DNA from: Alphaproteobacteria bacterium
Lineage (GTDB): Bacteria; Pseudomonadota; Alphaproteobacteria; UBA828
Reading direction: 5' to 3'
Length of the DNA stretch: 64,000 nucleotides
NCBI GenBank assembly: GCA_963422645.2
Contig: CAXXVO010000007.1
Span: 224,001 to 288,000 of the forward strand
Numbering within the stretch: the first letter of the stretch is position 1; the number at the start of each line of letters is the position of its first letter. Positions 60,410-64,000 of the stretch are shown one piece after another. The position numbers and the translations under genes were made by a program. Below the pieces are notes generated by a model that was not told the origin of the DNA, ran no database searches, and saw only the letters and a list, made by a program, of their open reading frames with translations.

Positions 60410-60529
60410 GGCGGTTCCGCATGCCGGTTGCTGCAGGAGGGAAAACGAGGGGTTTCTTGGCGTCGGCAGTGCACTGGCTTATAAGGCCGAAGGAGGATGC
60501 CGGGCCGGGGCAGCCCGGGCAAGAGGCAC

Positions 60530-61336
60530 ATGCGCTACGACGACGGCGACGAGGCTCCCCTCCAACAGAAGGCTTACCGCGCGGTGCGGGTCTGGCGGAG
60601 CGACCTTCGCACTGCCCTACTTTTCCTGACGCGGGTGCCGTTGAAGGCGGCGCGGCCGGAGGGCGACAGCCCGCCGCTCGGCCGCGCGGTTCGCGCCTTC
60701 CCCATCGTCGGCGCGCTGATCGGCCTCTTTGCCGGGATCGTCTACGCGATCGCCGCAGGAATCGGCCTGCCCGATATCGTGGCGGCGGTGCTCGCCGTGG
60801 GCGCAAGCGCGCTCGCCGCCGGCGCGCTGCACGAGGACGGCCTCGCCGACATGGCGGACGGCTTCGGCGGCGGGAGCACGCGGGAGCGCAAGCTCGCGAT
60901 CATGCGGGACAGCCGCATCGGCGCCTATGGCGTGATCGTGCTGGTGGTGGTGCTGGCGGCGAAGGTGGGCGCGATCGCCGACCTGGGCGGGACCGGCCTC
61001 GTGATCGCCGCCATGGTCGCCGCCGCAGGGGTCTCGCGCGCGGCGATGCCGGCGGTCATGCTCTGGCTGGATCCGGCACGGGCCGACGGCCTTGCTGCCG
61101 ACGCCGGGCGACCGCCGTCGACCCATGTATGGACCGGGGTCGCCCTGGCGGCGGTGCTCGCCGTCGGACTGCTCACCTGGAGCGGGTTGGTCGCCTTCCT
61201 CATCGCCGGTATCGGCGCCGCCGCAGCCGCCTGGCTTGCCGAACGCCAGGTCGGCGGTCACACTGGGGACGTGCTCGGCGGCGTCCAGCAGTTCGCCGAA
61301 GTCCTCTTCCTCCTTACGCTCGCGGCGGTGAGATGA
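60530..61336 (+). CDS. cobS: Adenosylcobinamide-GDP ribazoletransferase
   Basis: GALHEDGLADMADG, IMRDSRIGAYG, GGHTGDVLG. Confidence 0.95.
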   Translation: MRYDDGDEAPLQQKAYRAVRVWRSDLRTALLFLTRVPLKAARPEGDSPPLGRAVRAFPIVGALIGLFAGIVYAIAAGIGLPDIVAAVLAVGASALAAGALHEDGLADMADGFGGGSTRERKLAIMRDSRIGAYGVIVLVVVLAAKVGAIADLGGTGLVIAAMVAAAGVSRAAMPAVMLWLDPARADGLAADAGRPPSTHVWTGVALAAVLAVGLLTWSGLVAFLIAGIGAAAAAWLAERQVGGHTGDVLGGVQQFAEVLFLLTLAAVR

Positions 61337-61965
61337 CGACGAACACCATCGTGACCCGATGGTGGTGGGTGCGCCACGCGCCCGTCACCGACCATGGCGG
61401 CCGGCTTTACGGCCGCACCGACGTGCCCGCCAACACCAGCGAGCGGCCGCGCTTCGAGGCGCTGGCCCGCGCGTTGCCAGACGATGCCGTCTGGCTCACC
61501 AGCAACCTGCTGCGCACCCATCAGACCGCCGACGCGATTGCCGAGGCGGGCCACGCGGTGCCGGCTCGGTCCATTGAGGCGGATCTGGACGAGCAGGATT
61601 TCGGCGCCTGGCACGGCCTGACCTGGAGCGAGGTCGCCTCCGAGCGGGGCAGCAGCCTCGCCCACAAGTATTGGGTCGCGCCCGCGCACGTCACGCCGCC
61701 GGAGGGCGAGAGCTTCGTCCAGGTGGTCGAGCGGGTCACCGACGCCGTCACCCGCAGGACGGCGCAACACGCCGGCCAGGATATCGTGGCCGTGGCCCAC
61801 GGCGGCTCGATCCGCGCTGCGCTGGCGCTCGCGCTCGGCCTCGACGCGGAGCGTGCGCTCGCCTTCAGCATCGACAATCTCTCGATCACCTGCATCGACC
61901 ACGTTAACGGCCCCGCCAAGGGCCAAGCCTGGCGCGTCGCCGCCGTCAACCTGCCGCCGGTCTGA
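61333..61965 (+). CDS. Histidine phosphatase (CobC/alpha-ribazole phosphatase-like)
   Basis: VRHA, EQDFGAW, GES, VAHGG; overlaps the cobS stop. Confidence 0.85.
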   Translation: MTTNTIVTRWWWVRHAPVTDHGGRLYGRTDVPANTSERPRFEALARALPDDAVWLTSNLLRTHQTADAIAEAGHAVPARSIEADLDEQDFGAWHGLTWSEVASERGSSLAHKYWVAPAHVTPPEGESFVQVVERVTDAVTRRTAQHAGQDIVAVAHGGSIRAALALALGLDAERALAFSIDNLSITCIDHVNGPAKGQAWRVAAVNLPPV

Positions 61966-62024
61966 GCGCCGCTCGATACGCGACCGCGGCTGCACGGCGC
62001 GGGCGGAGCGCGTAGACTCGGGCC

Positions 62025-63380
62025 ATGAAGCCCCAGGACGCGCCGAGTCTCTTCGAGGACTCAGCACCTCGCCCGCTCGCGGACCGGCTGCGGCCGCGCA
62101 CGCTCGACGAAGTGGTGGGCCAGGACCACCTGCTGCGCCCCGACGGCCCGCTCGGGCGAATGGTGGCGAGCGGCGGCGCGCTGGCCTCGACCGTCCTCTG
62201 GGGGCCGCCAGGCTGCGGCAAGACCACCATCGCCCGCCTGCTCGCCGATCACACGGACATGCTCTTCGCGCCGCTGAGCGCGGTCTTCTCCGGCGTCGCC
62301 GACCTGCGCAAGATCTTCGACGAGGCGCGCTCGCGCCGCGCCGGGGGCAAGGGCACGCTGCTCTTCGTCGACGAGATCCACCGCTTCAACCGGGCGCAGC
62401 AGGACGCCTTCCTGCCCGTGGTCGAGGACGGCACCGTGATTCTCGTGGGCGCCACCACCGAGAACCCCTCCTTCGAGCTGAACGGCGCCCTGCTTTCACG
62501 CTGCGCAGTGCTGGTGCTCAACCGGCTCGACGACAACGCGCTGGAAACCCTGCTCACCCGCGCGGAGGAGGCGGAGGGCCGCACGCTGCTGCTTGAGCCC
62601 GATGCGCGGCCCATGCTGCGCGCCATGGCCGATGGCGACGGCCGCGCGCTCATCAACCTGGCGGAGGCGTTGTTTGCGGCCGGCGCCGCCGCACCGCTGG
62701 GTGACGAGGCGAGCGTACCGCTCGACGTGCCGCAGTTGATGGAGACCGTGCAGCGCCGCGCGCCGCTCTACGACAAGTCGCAGGAGGGCCACTACAACCT
62801 GATCTCGGCGCTGCACAAGTCGCTGCGCGGCTCGGACACGGACGCGGCGCTCTACTGGCTCGCGCGCATGCTGGCCGGCGGCGAGGACCCGCGCTACATC
62901 GCGCGGCGCCTGGTGCGTTTCGCGGTGGAGGACGTGGGGCTCGCCGACCCGGACGCGCTGCCGCAGGCACTCGCCGGCTGGGAGGCGTACGAGCGGCTGG
63001 GATCGCCCGAAGGCGAGCTCGCCATCGCCCAGACCGTGATCTATCTCGGCACCGCCGCCAAGTCGAACGCGAGCTACCGCGCGCACGGGCGGGCCATGCA
63101 GGCCGCGAAGGAGACAGGCTCGCTGATGCCGCCTAAGCACATCCTCAACGCGCCGACGCGGCTGATGAAGGAGCTCGGCTACAGCGAGGGCTACGTCTAC
63201 GACCACGACACCGAGGAAGGGTTTTCGGGCCAGAACTACTTCCCGGAAGAATTGCCGCGCCGCAGCTTCTACGAACCCAGGGAGCGGGGCTTCGAGCGGG
63301 AGGTGCGCAAGCGCCTCGCCTACTGGCAGAAGCTGCGCGAAGAGGCCGCGGCCGACGCGGGGACGGAGGACGACACGTGA
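62025..63380 (+). CDS. rarA: Replication-associated recombination protein A
   Basis: [36 protein letters not shown]. Confidence 0.95.
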   Translation: MKPQDAPSLFEDSAPRPLADRLRPRTLDEVVGQDHLLRPDGPLGRMVASGGALASTVLWGPPGCGKTTIARLLADHTDMLFAPLSAVFSGVADLRKIFDEARSRRAGGKGTLLFVDEIHRFNRAQQDAFLPVVEDGTVILVGATTENPSFELNGALLSRCAVLVLNRLDDNALETLLTRAEEAEGRTLLLEPDARPMLRAMADGDGRALINLAEALFAAGAAAPLGDEASVPLDVPQLMETVQRRAPLYDKSQEGHYNLISALHKSLRGSDTDAALYWLARMLAGGEDPRYIARRLVRFAVEDVGLADPDALPQALAGWEAYERLGSPEGELAIAQTVIYLGTAAKSNASYRAHGRAMQAAKETGSLMPPKHILNAPTRLMKELGYSEGYVYDHDTEEGFSGQNYFPEELPRRSFYEPRERGFEREVRKRLAYWQKLREEAAADAGTEDDT

Positions 63381-63766
63381 AGGTCGCGCTCGCCATTGCG
63401 CTCGGCGGCGCATTGGGCTCGGTCGGGCGCTACTACGTCATGGGCGCGGCCGAGCGCTGGCTCACGGCGCTGATCGGCGGGGGCTTCCCCTACGGCACGC
63501 TCACGGTGAACGTCGCGGGCTCCTTTATCCTCGGCGCTCTGGTCCACGGCCTCGCGGTCGCATTCGACGCGGGCGAGGTGGTGCAGCGTTTCCTCTTCGT
63601 GGGCCTGCTCGGCGGCTTCACCACCTTCTCCGCCTTCTCCGCCGACAGTATCGGCCTGCTGGAGCGGGGCGAGGTCGGCCGGGCGCTGCTCTACATCGTG
63701 CTCTCGGTGGTGCTCTCGGTCGGCGGCTTCTATTGCGGGCTCAGGCTGGTGCGGGCCATCGTCTGA
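63377..63766 (+). CDS. crcB: Fluoride efflux channel
   Basis: GGALGSVGRY, FPYGTLTVN, GGFTTFSAF. Confidence 0.95.
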   Translation: MKVALAIALGGALGSVGRYYVMGAAERWLTALIGGGFPYGTLTVNVAGSFILGALVHGLAVAFDAGEVVQRFLFVGLLGGFTTFSAFSADSIGLLERGEVGRALLYIVLSVVLSVGGFYCGLRLVRAIV

Positions 63767-64000
63767 TGGCAGGCGTCGCTACGCTCGAGATCGCGCCCGA
63801 GGACGGCGACCAGCGGCTCGACCGCTGGTTCAGGCGGCACTACCCCGCCCTCGGCCACGGCCGCCTGGAGAAGCTGCTGCGTACCGGCCAGATCCGGGTG
63901 AACGGCAAGCGCGCCCGCGCCGGCACACGCCTTGCGCCCGGCGACCGGGTGCGCGTGCCGCCGCTCGGCGATGACGGAGAGAAGCGCGCATGGCGCCGAT
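63766..64000 (+). CDS. RluA-family pseudouridine synthase (RluC-like), truncated by the window end
   Basis: S4 domain QRLDRWF...LRTGQIRVNGKR. Confidence 0.85.
   Translation, partial: MAGVATLEIAPEDGDQRLDRWFRRHYPALGHGRLEKLLRTGQIRVNGKRARAGTRLAPGDRVRVPPLGDDGEKRAWRR

Noticed and set aside
60410-60529. Cobalamin riboswitch between cobT and cobS
   Set aside because: Too short and no recognisable B12 box

Overview
GC-rich alphaproteobacterial chromosome segment. Housekeeping blocks lie at both ends: prmA, SRP RNA-dnaX-ybaB-recR-metF on the left, and cobT/cobS/cobC-like, rarA, crcB, rluC on the right. Between them are (1) an outer-membrane-protein hotspot (an OMP gene cut by an IS, plus two divergent paralogous porins); (2) a ~12 kb accessory/defence-like island with an ORF-less group II intron whose EBS1/EBS2 pair perfectly with its exon, a vapBC pair whose antitoxin is split by an IS110 element with readable bridge-RNA-like guides matching its own target and donor sites, a SWIM-SNF2 helicase with a HEPN-like tail, an AEP-primase/SF2 helicase, a TPR protein and a broken Rpn gene; (3) an 11.4 kb internally deleted Mu-like prophage with intact TG...CA ends and a 5-bp target duplication, carrying nested ISs, a tail-tip gene, a (Pro-Thr)18 repeat and a 2OG-Fe(II) oxygenase; and (4) a GntR-associated amine/amide catabolic cluster (GS-like ligase, three-subunit glutamate-synthase-like enzyme, FAD oxidase, ABC importer, dimethylformamidase-like enzyme). 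All calls come from reading motifs by eye; no database searches or folding programs were run, and single-base frameshifts could be sequencing errors.
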